This document shows, piece after piece, positions 48,900 through 64,000 of a DNA stretch of 64,000 bases (its first letter is position 1; the number at the start of each line of letters is the position of its first letter). The notes under the pieces were generated by a model that was given only the letters and a program-made list of their open reading frames with translations, made no database searches and had not been told where the DNA came from. The stretch is from Macrostomum lignano. Lineage: Eukaryota. The translations under genes and the position numbers were made by a program. Where the stretch lies: assembly GCA_002269645.1 (NCBI GenBank), contig NIVC01002759.1, positions 42,176-106,175 of the forward strand, read 5' to 3'.

Positions 48900-51800
48900 G
48901 TCACATTGAATGACAACTGGCTGTCAAAATCCGCCCCCCCATTGAATGACAACTGGCAGTCAAAACCCGCCCCCATTGATTGACAACTGGCTGTCAAAAT
49001 CCGCCCCCCATTGATTGACAACTGGCTGTCAAAATCCGCCCCTCCATTGAATGACAACTGGCTGTCAAAATCCGCCCCCATTGATTGACAACTGGCTGTC
49101 AAAATCCGCCCCCATTGATTGACAACTGGCTGTCAAAATTCGCCCCTCCATTGAATGACAACTGGCTGTCAAAATCCGCCCCTCCATTGAATGACAACTG
49201 GCTGTCAAAATTCGCCCCTCCATTGAATGACAACTGGCTGTCAAAATCCGCCCCTCCATTGAATGACAACTGGCTGTCAAAATCCGCCCCTCCATTGAAT
49301 GACAACTGGCTGTCAAAATCCGCCCCTCCATTGAATGACAACTGGCAGTCAAAATCCGCCCCCATTGATTGACAACTGGCAGTCAAAATCCGCCCCCCAT
49401 TGAATGACAACTGGCAGTCAAAATCCGCCCCCATTGAATGACAACTGGCTGTCAAAATCTGCAACCCCCATTGATTGACAACTGGCTGTCAAAATCTGCA
49501 ACCCCCATTGATTGACAATTGGCTGTCAAAATCTGCAACCCCCATTGATTGACAACTGGCTGTCAAAATCTGCACCCATTGAATGACAACTGGCTGTCAA
49601 AATCTGCACCCATTCAATGACAACTGGCTGTCAAAATCTGCACCCATTGAATGACAACTGGCTGTCAAAATCTGCTCCCATTCAATGACAACTGGCTGTC
49701 AAAATCTGCACCCATTCAATGACAACTGGCTGTCAAAATCTGCACCCATTGAATGACAACTGGCTGTCAAAATCCGCCCCCCATTGATTGACAACTGGCT
49801 GTCAAAATCCGCCCCCATTAATTGACAACTGGCTGTCAAAATCCGCCCCCATTGATTGACAACTGGCTGTCAAAATCCGCCCCCCATTGATTGACAACTG
49901 GCAGTAAAAATCCACCCCCCTCATTGAATGACAACTGGCAGTCAAAATCCGCCCCCCTCATTGAATGACAACTGGCTGTCAAAATCTGCAACCCCCATTG
50001 ATTGACAATTGGCTGTCAAAATCTGCAACCCCCATTGATTGACAACTGGCAGTCAAAATCCGCCCCCATTGAATGACAACTGGCTGTCAAATTCTGCAAC
50101 CCCATTGATTGACAACTGGCTGTCAAAATCTGCAACCCCCATTGATTGACAATTGGCTGTCAAAATCTGCAACCCCCATTGATTGACAACTGGCTGTCAA
50201 AATCTGCAACCCCCATTGATTGACAATTGGCTGTCAAAATCTGCAACCCCCATTGATTGACAACTGGCTGTCAAAATCTGCACCCATTGAATGACAACTG
50301 GCTGTCAAAATCTGCACCCATTCAATGACAACTGGCTGTCAAAATCTGCACCCATTGAATGACAACTGGCTGTCAAAATCTGCTCCCATTCAATGACAAC
50401 TGGCTGTCAAAATCTGCACCCATTCAATGACAACTGGCTGTCAAAATCTGCACCCATTGAATGACAACTGGCTGTCAAAATCCGCCCCCCATTGATTGAC
50501 AACTGGCTGTCAAAATCCGCCCCCATTAATTGACAACTGGCTGTCAAAATCCGCCCCCATTGATTGACAACTGGCTGTCAAAATCCGCCCCCCATTGATT
50601 GACAACTGGCAGTAAAAATCCACCCCCCTCATTGAATGACAACTGGCAGTCAAAATCCGCCCCCCTCATTGAATGACAACTGGCTGTCAAAATCTGCAAC
50701 CCCCATTGATTGACAATTGGCTGTCAAAATCTGCAACCCCCATTGATTGACAACTGGCAGTCAAAATCCGCCCCCATTGAATGACAACTGGCTGTCAAAA
50801 TCTGCAACCCCCATTGATTGACAACTGGCTGTCAAAATCTGCAACCCCCATTGATTGACAATTGGCTGTCAAAATCTGCAACCCCCATTGATTGACAACT
50901 GGCTGTCAAAATCTGCAACCCCCATTGATTGACAATTGGCTGTCAAAATCTGCAACCCCCATTGATTGACAACTGGCTGTCAAAATCTGCACCCATTGAA
51001 TGACAACTGGCTGTCAAAATCTGCACCCATTCAATGACAACTGGCTGTCAAAATCTGCACCCATTGAATGACAACTGGCTGTCAAAATCTGCTCCCATTC
51101 AATGACAACTGGCTGTCAAAATCTGCACCCATTCAATGACAACTGGCTGTCAAAATCTGCACCCATTGAATGACAACTGGCTGTCAAAATCCGCCCCCCA
51201 TTGATTGACAACTGGCTGTCAAAATCCGCCCCCATTAATTGACAACTGGCTGTCAAAATCCGCCCCCATTGATTGACAACTGGCTGTCAAAATCCGCCCC
51301 CATTGATTGACAACTGGCAGTAAAAATCCACCCCCCTCATTGAATGACAACTGGCAGTCAAAATCCGCCCCCTCATTGAATGACAACTGGCTGTCAAAAT
51401 CTGCAACCCCCATTGATTGACAATTGGCTGTCAAAATCTGCAACCCCCATTGATTGACAACTGGCAGTCAAAATCCGCCCCCATTGAATGACAACTGGCT
51501 GTCAAAATCTGCAACCCCCATTGATTGACAACTGGCTGTCAAAATCTGCAACCCCCATTGATTGACAATTGGCTGTCAAAATCTGCAACCCCCATTGATT
51601 GACAACTGGCTGTCAAAATCTGCACCCATTGAATGACAACTGGCTGTCAAAATCTGCACCCATTGAATGACAACTGGCTGTCAAAATCTGCACCCATTGA
51701 ATGACAACTGGCTGTCAAAATCTGCACCCATTCAATGACAACTGGCTGTCAAAATCTGCTCCCATTCAATGACAACTGGCTGTCAAAATCGGCACCCATT

Positions 51801-52185
51801 CAATGACAACTGGCTGTCAAAATCTGCACCCATTCAATGACAACTGGCTGTCAAAATCCGCCCCCCATTGATTGACAACTGGCTGTCAAAATCCGCCCCC
51901 ATTAATTGACAACTGGCTGTCAAAATCCGCCCCCATTGATTGACAACTGGCTGTCAAAATCCACCCCCCTCATTGAATGACAACTGGCAGTCAAAATCCG
52001 CCCCCCTCATTGAATGACAACTGGCAGTCAAAATCCGCCCCCCTCATTGAATGACAACTTGCAGTCAAAATCCGCCCCCCTCATTGAATGACAACTGGCA
52101 GTCAAAATCCGCCCCCCTCATTGAATGACAACTGGCAGTCAAAATCCGCCCCCATTGATTGACAACTGGCTGTCAAAATCCGCCT
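48900..52185. repeat. Satellite array (~3.3 kb), ~29-33 bp monomer with ~708 bp higher-order periodicity
   Basis: Monomer cattga(a/t)tgacaactggctgtcaaaatc(cgcccc/tgcaaccc/tgcac). The marker gcagtaaaaa recurs at 49901, 50609 and 51317. Confidence 0.96.
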
Positions 52186-52674
52186 CTGCTTTGAAAACTG
52201 GCTCAAATGAACAAGATTTTAGTGTCGTATAAATTGAAAAACGTACAACAGTGTAAATTTGCCAGCAAGCAGTGTGTTTGGCTCCTGTACATTAATGCTT
52301 TGGGTAATTTGAAACAGGCCACTTTTTGGTTTAGCTCTTATCTAATATTGAAGATGAACTTATTTCGCCTGCTAGATTTATTTAGTTTGCAAGCCCTTAG
52401 TAACAGTTTAATAAAGAATTGCTAGGTTATTCATTATTTATTAGACTGTTTCTAGTAGTTTAATGAAATGCTGCATAGTAAATCTAAGTGTTTGAGTAAG
52501 TAGTATATACCGCGTTTTGCTTCAATTCAATATTCTGTGTTTCCTGCTAAACAAAATTTCTTGTGGTCTTGCGCTGTCAGAGGAAGTTGATAGTAAATAT
52601 ATAAATAACTTTGAAATTGCCTTGGCAAATGATGGCTATGCTGTTTTTAACGTTTTTTCCCATTTCGATTAGGG

Positions 52675-53085
52675 ATAATCCCATTCTCCTATTGGGGATA
52701 AATCCAGTTTGCATTGAAATCCCATTCCCGTAGTAGGGATAAACCCATTTTGCACTAAAATGCCATTTCCCTAGTGGGGATAAATCCAGTTTGCATTGAA
52801 ATCCCGATTCCCTATTAAGGATAAATCCAGTTTGCATTAAAATCCCATTCCTGTAGTAGGGATAAATCCATTTTGCCTAAAATCCCATTTCCCTAGTGGG
52901 GATAAATCCAGTTTGCATTAAAATCCCATTCCCGTAGTAGGGATAAATCCATTTTGCACTGAAATCCCATTTCCCTAGTGGGGATAAATCCAGTTTGCAT
53001 TAAAATCCCAATTCCCTATAGGGGATAGATTCAGTTTGCATTAAAATCCCATTTGCACCAGTGGGAATAAATCCAGTTTGCATTG
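52675..53085. repeat. Minisatellite, ~41 bp unit, upstream of DRG2
   Basis: Unit gggataaatccagtttgcattaaaatcccattcccgtagta. Confidence 0.9.
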
Positions 53086-53279
53086 AAATCCGTTTACGTA
53101 GTGAGTAGAAATCCAGTTTGCAGTAAAGTCCCTATTGCTTTTCGTATGACGGACTCAATAAATCAATCATATGCATGCGCTGACTGCCTAGAGCCAATAC
53201 AGCACTTTGCTACTTTAAGTAGACTGCTGAGTAACCGCAGCGTTAGTCTGAGCTTCGAAATTGATAAATCCAGTTGATC

Positions 53280-55893
<2,614 letters not shown>

Positions 55894-56678
55894 TCTAATT
55901 TCTGCTCTTAGAGGCAAGGGCAGGTGAGAGGCGCCGGTGTGTCCTGATTGCTTAACTACAGAGTCTACGCTTTACTTTATGTATCGTGCATTCAAATTTA
56001 TTGGATTGACCTTGTTGATCGCGTTTAATGCTCTGCTGCTTTCAGAATTGCTGCTCCTAGAGGACTTGGGAAGGGACATAAAGAAATCACATGACTTTTT
56101 GTGCTCTGTTTTGACGGTATTCTTTTCACCTTTCTCTTCCTAATTAGCGGTGTGTCTGAGGTTAGATCAGCAGGCTCAGGTGTTCAACTGTTGGCTTCTG
56201 TCATTGCCTAGAAAAATCTCCTTCCAGAAGCCAAGCAGCCAGCCGTTGTGCACCAATTTGATTTTGAATCAAATTATTCAGCTTTATCATCTTCGCTACC
56301 GAGACAGAGGGAAGCAAAATAAATTTGAATAAATAACCCGCTCCAATAGTGGCTGTTGGTGCGAATTATCTTTTTGAACGCATGTATTGTTTTTTAATTT
56401 TATTTTAATTACAATTTTTTGTACTTTAGCTACTTTATAGTGCTCCACATTACTTATAGTAGCAGTGAAAACTAGCAACAAAAGAATGAAAAACAAAGAA
56501 TGCTATACATGTAAAAAGCATTATACTATTGTTAGTTTCTTAGAGATGAAGGTCTTTAAGGTAGATAAGCATTACCTCTGATAGCAAGAGTTCAAGCCTA
56601 ATATATCAGCATCCCCTTGAGCCTTGGCATCTCAGCAATACAGACAAACTATCCGAGCTTTAAATATCTTCGCGTCAC

Positions 56679-58198
56679 TTAGAAGCCATCAGGGTTGCTA
56701 TCGTCAATCATGGTGTAGGAGCATTTGTGATTAGCGCTGGTAAATCGGGGCCAGACGGCCAGCATTTCGCGAGCTTCAACACTTGGCGTTGCTAAGAACA
56801 ATCTGAAGTGACACGGCGACACTGGTACAGCTCTGGAGATTTTAATTTCCGCCGCGGGTTCGAGTTCAACTTCGGCCTTCTGTCTGAGAATCCCGGTCAG
56901 ATAGATCTCTCGGTAGTACACTAGCGGAGTGCTATTGATGTGGCCGGACATTGCTTTGAGCGCCGAGTTCGATACGGCATAGCCAGGGTTGTCCAACGCG
57001 GACTCTGGTACATCTGGTCCGGGAACTGTCTCTTGCTGGTGTAACTTGGATCGTATGGATCACGGTGAACCCAGTCAGGTCGGAGCGACTTTCCAGCTAT
57101 TCGCAACGGCATTCTACTATTAGTAGTATTACTATCAGCTTCTGGTCCAAGGCCAAGACCGTGTAAAAATCCAACTAGCTTCTTGATGTTCCAGAAGGCT
57201 TTGTCATTGGTTCTAATCGTATAGCCAGTTAGGGTCCGCTTTTTGGATGCCAGGTGGAACAGCACCTTGGCCGAGCTGATCATGTCTAGTTCGCGCGGTG
57301 ACCAGTCTGTCAGGGTGTTGTCGCTTGCAGACAGAATCAGAATGTCCTGTGGGCGTGAGCGACAAGCTTTTTGAGGCTGGCATTATTTATAATTTAGCTT
57401 CATCTTCCTAGATCTCACCTGTAGGCTTGGCTACTCCGATCCCAACTTCAAACTCACTTGCGTCATCTTGGTCTCCTCCATCAGCAGCTGCTGTGCCGCG
57501 GTGTCCCGCACTAGCGCATAAAATATGGCGCATCCGCCGCGCCATTCTCGCGGCAAGTCGTCCGAATTTAGATTGGACAGCCAAGTGTCTCTCGCCGCCT
57601 GGCGCTGTTGTCTGGCAGTCTCGGCTAAGCCAGCTGTTGAGGTGTTTATTGCCGAGTCTTCTGGCACGTCTCCGAAAACGCTGGAGCCGATGACGAATAG
57701 CAGACGACTCGACGTGCACGTAGCTTTGAGATTTGGCGAGTGCACAATGCTAACGTTGATGTTTGGCAGGTAGTCGATACCGCCTCGTCTTCTGCGTAGT
57801 TGCTGTCTTGAAATCGGCTTCTTTGTTGTTGGTTTCTCTGTCGTTATTTGCGGCGTAGTCAAAGGCGTCATATTTAGCCTTTTGATCTTTTGATTGTAAA
57901 GTTTTACTTTAGCTTTATTCTTGGTTCTTCTGTTAGTGCTGGCAACTGCTGGGCGGTCCCGTTTCGCTGGAAAAAGGTTATCAAACTTTGGTATCGGCAG
58001 CGGCTCCTCGTGTGGCTCGTTGCCTGATGATATGCCAGGCAGCTCCAAGTGCAGACTCATTCCTCGGTAGTAGTGCAGATAGTACATTACAGCCAAAACT
58101 CCGAGGATTCCAACTAGATTTGCTTTGCGATTTCTCAATATTCGGCTTATGCTTGGACACATTCTGTCGAGTCTATATCCGAAAACTTTTAGGCGCAT
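56679..58198 (-). CDS. GT31 family (beta-1,3-galactosyltransferase-like) type II membrane glycosyltransferase, with a 1-nt frameshift
   Basis: Exons 58198-57458 and 57346-56679. Features: N-terminal TM anchor, RQAARDTW, EE....DIL, YTIRTNDKAFWNIKKL (KTDDD-like position), VHRD...FP..Y, then in a shifted frame PGYAVS...REIYLTGIL. The frameshift is near 57007, so this is either a pseudogene or an assembly error. Confidence 0.72.
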
Positions 58199-58629
58199 AC
58201 CGTCAGTATAAAGGACAAATTTTTACCGGGGAGTTTACTGTTTTTCCCTATCCCGACTCTAAGCGTCTTTCTTCCCTCTTTTCCTCTCCTTTTTAAACAC
58301 CTGTTCCTGTTAGAAGGTGTACGTACCAGGTTGAATAAAGCTCTCCTTGGAGAAGGGTGTCAGTGTACTCTCTCGGAGACGGACTACTGTTAGAGACTGA
58401 TGCTGAGGCAGCTCCACACTGAAATTCCGTCCCTCCGGACTGCCTACTGGTATCTATTGAATATTAGATGATGCAGTGCCGTGTGGTCTGCCCCCCATTG
58501 GCCGATCTGAAGGGCAGTAGCTTTTGCTAGTAACCTGGGGAACTTTTTACTGCTTTAGTAGCAATTGTTTTCTTGTCGCTGTAACTGGTCTAATTGGTTT
58601 GCCATTGCAGCTGACTGTGGATTGCTCAA

Positions 58630-61600
58630 ATGTCTAAACTATTGCAACACATGGTTCTCAAAAGCTTGGCAGCTCTGTTGCTATGCTACTTGATGCCAGT
58701 TGAAGCTGCTCAGCTGATGAAGCAGACAGGTGCACAGATTCGACAGAGCAGCAATGCCAATAAGTCGGTGTTTGTAGTTGCCGACTGGGGCGGAATCGGC
58801 AGCAGTCCATTCGTGACGCCCTGGGAGGTGACGACGGCGGCCGCTATGGACAGTTTGTCCGGCCGCCTGCCAGACGGCTCAGTAGAGGCGGTGTTCGCCC
58901 TTGGGGACAATTTCTATTCTTTTGGCGTTAAGAATGTTGAAGATGATCGCTTTCGAACTACGTTTGAGGCCGTGTTTAATGGGTCTCGGCTCCGGCCGAC
59001 CCCGTGGTATCTGGTGGCCGGCAATCACGACTGGCTGGGCAATGCCAGCGCTCAGATACTGTACTCCAAGCGCTCGTCCAGGTGGTAGGTTGGCCCATAA
59101 ACTACGCAAACGCACGATTTGTGCACAAATTGCAGTACGACACCAATGCATTTTCCCACATCCAATGGCAAGCCAATGCACATTTCCCACACCTAGTCCC
59201 ACACCTATGGACATTTCCCACACCTATGCACATTTCCCACACCTAGTCCCACACCTATGGACATTTCCCACACCTAGTCCCACACCTATGGACATTTCCC
59301 ACACCTATGCACATTTCCCACACCTAATCCCACACTTATGCACATTTCCCACACCCCAAACCCACACCGATGCATAATTTCCCTCACCTATGCATATGTA
59401 CATTTCCCATACCTAGTCCCACACCTATGCATATGTACCGTACATTTCTCATACCTAGTCCCACACCTATGCATATTTCCCACACCTAAACCCACATCTA
59501 TGCACATTTCCCACACCCACACCGATGCATATGTATATTTCCCATACCTAGTCCCACACTAATGCACATTTCTCACTCCTAGTCCCACATCTATGCACAT
59601 TCCCACACCCAGTCACACCGATGCACATTTCCCACACCCAGTCACACCGATGCACATTTCCCACACCCAGTCACACCGATGCACATTTCCCACACCCAGT
59701 CACACCGATGCACATTTCCCACACCCAGTCACACCGATGCACATTTCCCACACTGAATCCCGCACCAACTCGCAGTTCCCACACCCAAGCCTTCACATTC
59801 CTACACAAATGTTTTCACACAAATATTCACCCTCTCGCCCGCCCCGCCGTCCCCAGGAATTTCCCAGACTACTTCCACACGAAGGTGATTCAACTCGATG
59901 GTATCGGGTGCGCTGCTTTCATCCTGGTGGACACGGTGCTGCTGTCCGAGTCTGCCGAGGCGCTGCATCCCGACGATCTCTACAGACCTCCGACGCTAAA
60001 AAGCGCGAAGTCCGCGCGTAGGCGCCCAAAACTTACCGATGTTAGCATTGACAAGTACTTTAGCTGGCTGGAGAAACAGTTGCAGCTGTACTACTCGTGA
60101 GTAGTTTAGTTCTGTTTGGTTTTTTTGTTTCACATGTATGTCGATTATTGGTATGTATAGAGTCTGAAATAGTTTTGTAAGATCCGTAAGGATTTTGTAG
60201 CATCTAGGAAGATTTTGTAAAATTTGGAAAGATTTTTTAAGATTTGGTAAGATTTTTTAAGATTTGGTAAGATTTCGTAGGCTTTGGGAAGATTTTGTAG
60301 GCTTTGGGAAGATTTCGTAGGCTTTAGGAAGATTTTGTAGGATTTGGTAAGATTTTGTAGGATTTGGTAAGATTTTGTAGGATTTGGTAAGATTTCGTAG
60401 GCTTTGGGAAGATTTTGTAGGCTTTGGGAAGATTTTGTAGGCTTTGGGAAGATTTTTTAGGAGTTGGTAAGATTTCGTAGGCTTTGGGAAGATTTTGTAG
60501 GCTTTGGGAAGATTTCGTAGGCTTTGGGAAGATTTTGTAGGCTTTGGGAAGATTTTGTAGGCTTTGGGAAGATTTCGTAGGCTTTGGGAAGATTTTGTAG
60601 GATTTGGTAAGATTTCGTAGGCTTTGGGAAGATTTTGTAGGCTTTGGGAAGATTTTGTAGGCTTTGGGAAGATTTCGTAGGATTTGGGAAGATTTTGTAG
60701 CATCTAGGAAGATTTTGTAGCATCTAGGAAGATTTTGTAGCATCTAGGAAGATTTTGTAGGATCCGGAAAGATTTTTTAGATTTGGAATTGTATTATCTA
60801 GGATGATTTCGTGGGGTCTGGAGTAAGTTTGAGAAGCTATCTGGGGCTATGTGGGATCTGAGATGGTTATGTGGGATCTGAGATGGTTATGTGGGATCTG
60901 AAATGGTTATGTGGGATCTGAGATGGTTGTGTGGGATCTGAGATGGTTGTGTGGGATCTGAGATGGTTATGTGGAATCTGAGATGGTTATGTGGAATCTG
61001 AGATGGTTGTGTGGGATCTGAGATGGTTATGTGGAATCTGAGATGGTTATGTGGAATCTGAGATGGTTATGTGGGATCTGAGATGGTTATGTGGAATCTG
61101 AGATGGTTATGTGGGATCTGAGATGGTTATGTGGGATCTGAGATGGTTATGTGGGATCTGAGATGGTTATGTGGAGTTACAACCGCAGCATTCCATAAGC
61201 AGGTGTCCCTACCTGTTCGTGGCCGGTCACCACCCTGTGTGGAGCATTGGGCAGCACGGACCCACTTCCGACCTGGTCAGGCGCCTGGACCCCCTGCTGC
61301 TCAAGTACAAAGTGAGCGCCTACCTGTGTGGCCACGAGCACAACATGCAGCACATTGTGCTCAATGGCACCGATTATTTTGTAGCTGGGGCCGCTGCTCA
61401 CGTGACCACCTCCACGGCTCACATGGGCCTGTTCCCTCCCGGCTCGGTTCGCTATTATTGGAACAAACAGGCCGATTTAGATGGAGCATTTATGACGCTG
61501 GGCTTTGGGAGCGACTACGCCAATGCTACCTTTGTTGAGGCCGGTAGTGAAGCCCGGCTGCTGTATTCGGCGCGGCTGCCTCGGCGTCGGGTGCACCAGC

Positions 61601-61632
61601 AGTTCTCTGGATTAGACGATGGTGTGCTGTGA
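58630..61632 (+). CDS. ACP5: Tartrate-resistant (purple) acid phosphatase type 5
   Basis: Exons 58630-59084, 59857-60096, 61203-61632, phase-consistent. Signal peptide present; all metal-ligand motifs present (ADWG, GDNFY, GNHD, VAGH, CGHEH). Confidence 0.94.
59150..59755. repeat. Intronic minisatellite, 29-31 bp units (ACP5 intron 1)
   Basis: Unit cacatttcccacacctagtcccacacctatg, grading into cacatttcccacacccagtcacaccgatg. Confidence 0.9.
60170..60785. repeat. 20 bp minisatellite (ACP5 intron 2)
   Basis: Unit aagattttgtaggctttggg. Confidence 0.95.
60848..61175. repeat. Second 20 bp minisatellite (ACP5 intron 2)
   Basis: Unit atgtgggatctgagatggtt. Confidence 0.95.
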
Positions 61633-61711
61633 TTGCTGACTTGTTGTTTTGATACTCTTTTTACTTGGTTGCCATGGTAAACTCCTGATTGCTGTGCTAA
61701 ACACCTCTCTC

Positions 61712-62510
61712 TGATTGATATGGTAAAATCTTCTGGTTGCTATGGTAAAATCTTCTGGTTGCTATGGTAAAATCTTCTGGTTGCTATGGTAGAACCTGGT
61801 TGCTATGGTAGAATCCTGGTTGCTATGGTAGAATCTTCTGGTTGCTATGGTAGAATCTTCTGGTTGCTATACTAGAATCTTCTGGTTGCTATGGTAAAAT
61901 CTTCTGGTTGCTATGGTAAAATCTTCTGGTTGCTATGGTAGGATCTTCTGGTTGCTATGGTAAAATCTTCTGGTTGCTATGGTAAAATCTTCTGGTTGCT
62001 ATGGTAAAATCTTCTGGTTGCTATGGTAAAATCTTCTGGTTGCTATGGTAAAATCTTCTGGTTGCTATGGTAAAATCTTCTGGTTGCTATGGTAGAACCT
62101 GGTTGCTATGGTAGAATCCTGGTTGCTATGGTAGAATCTTCTGGTTGCTATGGTAGAATCTTCTGGTTGCTATACTAGAATCTTCTGGTTGCTATGCTAA
62201 AATCTTCTGGTTGCTATGGTAAAATCTTCTAGTTGCTATGGTATTGATAGAATCTTCTGGTTGCTATAGTAGAATCTTCTGGTTGCTATGCTAAAATCTT
62301 CTGGTTGCTATGGTAAAATCTTCTAGTTGCTATGGTAGAATCTTCTGGTTGCTATAGTAGAATCTTCTGGTTGCTATAGTAGAATCTTCTGGTTGCTATG
62401 GTAGAACCTGGTTGCTATGGTAGAATCTTCTGGTTGCTATGGTAGAACATTCTGGTTGCTATGGTAGAATCTTCTGGTTGCTATGATAAAAACCTCCAGT
62501 TGCTATGCAA
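61712..62510. repeat. 22 bp minisatellite downstream of ACP5
   Basis: Unit ggttgctatggtaaaatcttct. Confidence 0.96.
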
Positions 62511-63039
62511 AAGTAGTTGCTAATGCTGTGCATAGTTGGGTTGCTTGGCGATAAATTTGGTGGTAAATTTCAGTTTATTTTGCTCAGTAAAATGTTCACA
62601 ATCTGCCCCAACCTGTAACTGTTTACCTACCTGTATTGTTCTCAGGTCACAGAGTTTTATTATGTTGTTTAATTGATTGTTCTTGTTCATTCGGTTTAAT
62701 TAGGTCTGAACTGAGTTAACCTATTTCTAAGCTCGTGATTACGTTGCATTATTTTATTGTACTCTAAGTATTGCACGTGCAAATAAGTAAACCGCGCTTT
62801 CACCCAGCAGTTCTTTTACGATTTAAAAGTTCTGCCACTTTTAAAATGATTTTTTAAGCAATGGACCAATAAGAATATTACTTAAATCTTAAATGTGTAC
62901 CTGTGTAACGTGTTTATTACGTTTTTTTCAGCGATATGCGATGTTCGTTTATTTTAATTGATCTTAAACTGCTCTTAAGAGTTCTGCCTGCTTCTTTAAA
63001 GTTTATCGTGAATTGTTATTTCACTTTGCGACACGAGTA

Positions 63040-64000
63040 CTCAGTGATCCCCAATGCCCCTGATCCCTCAGTGATCGGCAATGGCCCTGATCCCTCAGTG
63101 ATCCCTAACACCCTGATCCCTCAGTGATCCCTAACACCCTGATCCCTCAGTGATCCCATATGCCCCTGATCCCTCAGTGATCCCTAACACCCTGATTCCT
63201 CAGTGATCCCCAATGCCCCTGATTCCTCAGTGATCCCTAACATCCTGATCCCTCAGTGATCCCTAACACCCTGATCCCTCAGTGATCCCATATGCCCCTG
63301 ATCCCTCAGTGATCCCTCAGTGATCCCTAACACCCTGATCCCTCAGTGATCCCTAACACCCTGATCCCTCAGTGATCCCATATGCCCCTGATCCCTCAGT
63401 GATCCCATATGCCCCTGATCCCTCAGTGATCCCTCAGTGATCCCATATGCCCCTGATCCCTCAGTGATCCCTAACACCCTGATCCCTCAGTGATCCCATA
63501 TGCCCCTGATCCCTCAGTGATCCCTAACACCCTGATTCCTCAGTGATCCCCAATGCCCCTGATTCCTCAGTGATCCCTAACATCCTGATCCCTCAGTGAT
63601 CCCTAACACCCTGATCCCTCAGTGATCCCATATGCCCCTGATCCCTCAGTGATCCCTCAGTGATCCCTAACACCCTGATCCCTCAGTGATCCCTAACACC
63701 CTGATCCCTCAGTGATCCCATATGCCCCTGATCCCTCAGTGATCCCATATGCCCCTGATCCCTCAGTGATCCCTCAGTGATCCCATATGCCCCTGATCCC
63801 TCAGTGATCCCTAACACCCTGATCCCTCAGTGATCCCTAACACCCTGATCCCTCAGTGATCCCTAACACCCTGATCCCTCAGTGATTCCTAACACCCTGA
63901 TCCCTCAGTGATCCCATATGCCCCTGATCCCTCAGTGATCCCCAATGCCTCTGATCCCTCAGCAATCCCCAATGCCCCTGATCCCTCAGCAATCCCCAAT
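63040..64000. repeat. 26 bp minisatellite running to the window end
   Basis: Unit gatccctcagtgatccctaacaccct, with catatgcc and caatgcc variants. Confidence 0.96.

Noticed and set aside
60257-60743. (NLPKAYEIFPKPTKSSQSLQ)n-type ORFs
   Set aside because: They are antisense translations of the 20-bp intronic array.

Overview
Eukaryotic (metazoan, invertebrate) genomic DNA with GT-AG spliced genes. GC-rich exons, poly-Q/poly-A tracts and minisatellite-filled introns resemble a free-living flatworm such as Macrostomum, but that assignment is inference only. Eight protein-coding loci could be reconstructed by hand: LARP1 (+), an RBM24/RBM38-like RRM gene (+), two tandem VGLUT/SLC17A6-8-type transporter paralogs (-), intronless NDUFB5 (+), DRG2 (+), a GT31 beta-1,3-glycosyltransferase-like gene carrying a 1-nt frameshift (-), and ACP5 (+). 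About 37 distinct tandem arrays (units 3-70 bp, roughly 40% of the window by hand tally) fill most large introns and intergenic gaps. Also present are a Crypton-like remnant, two LINE 3' remnants, a tRNA-derived CORE-like SINE and a ~157-bp palindrome. There is no rRNA, bona fide tRNA or CRISPR array. I found no unambiguous new biological system. The best leads are: (1) an in-frame, paralog-like 56-codon tail behind the stop codon of the second VGLUT; (2) VGLUT paralogs with near-identical exon structure but very different intron inflation by private minisatellites; (3) a GGTCA(T) core and hairpin cores shared among otherwise unrelated arrays; (4) a ~708-bp higher-order satellite. All coordinates were counted by hand, and array edges are approximate.
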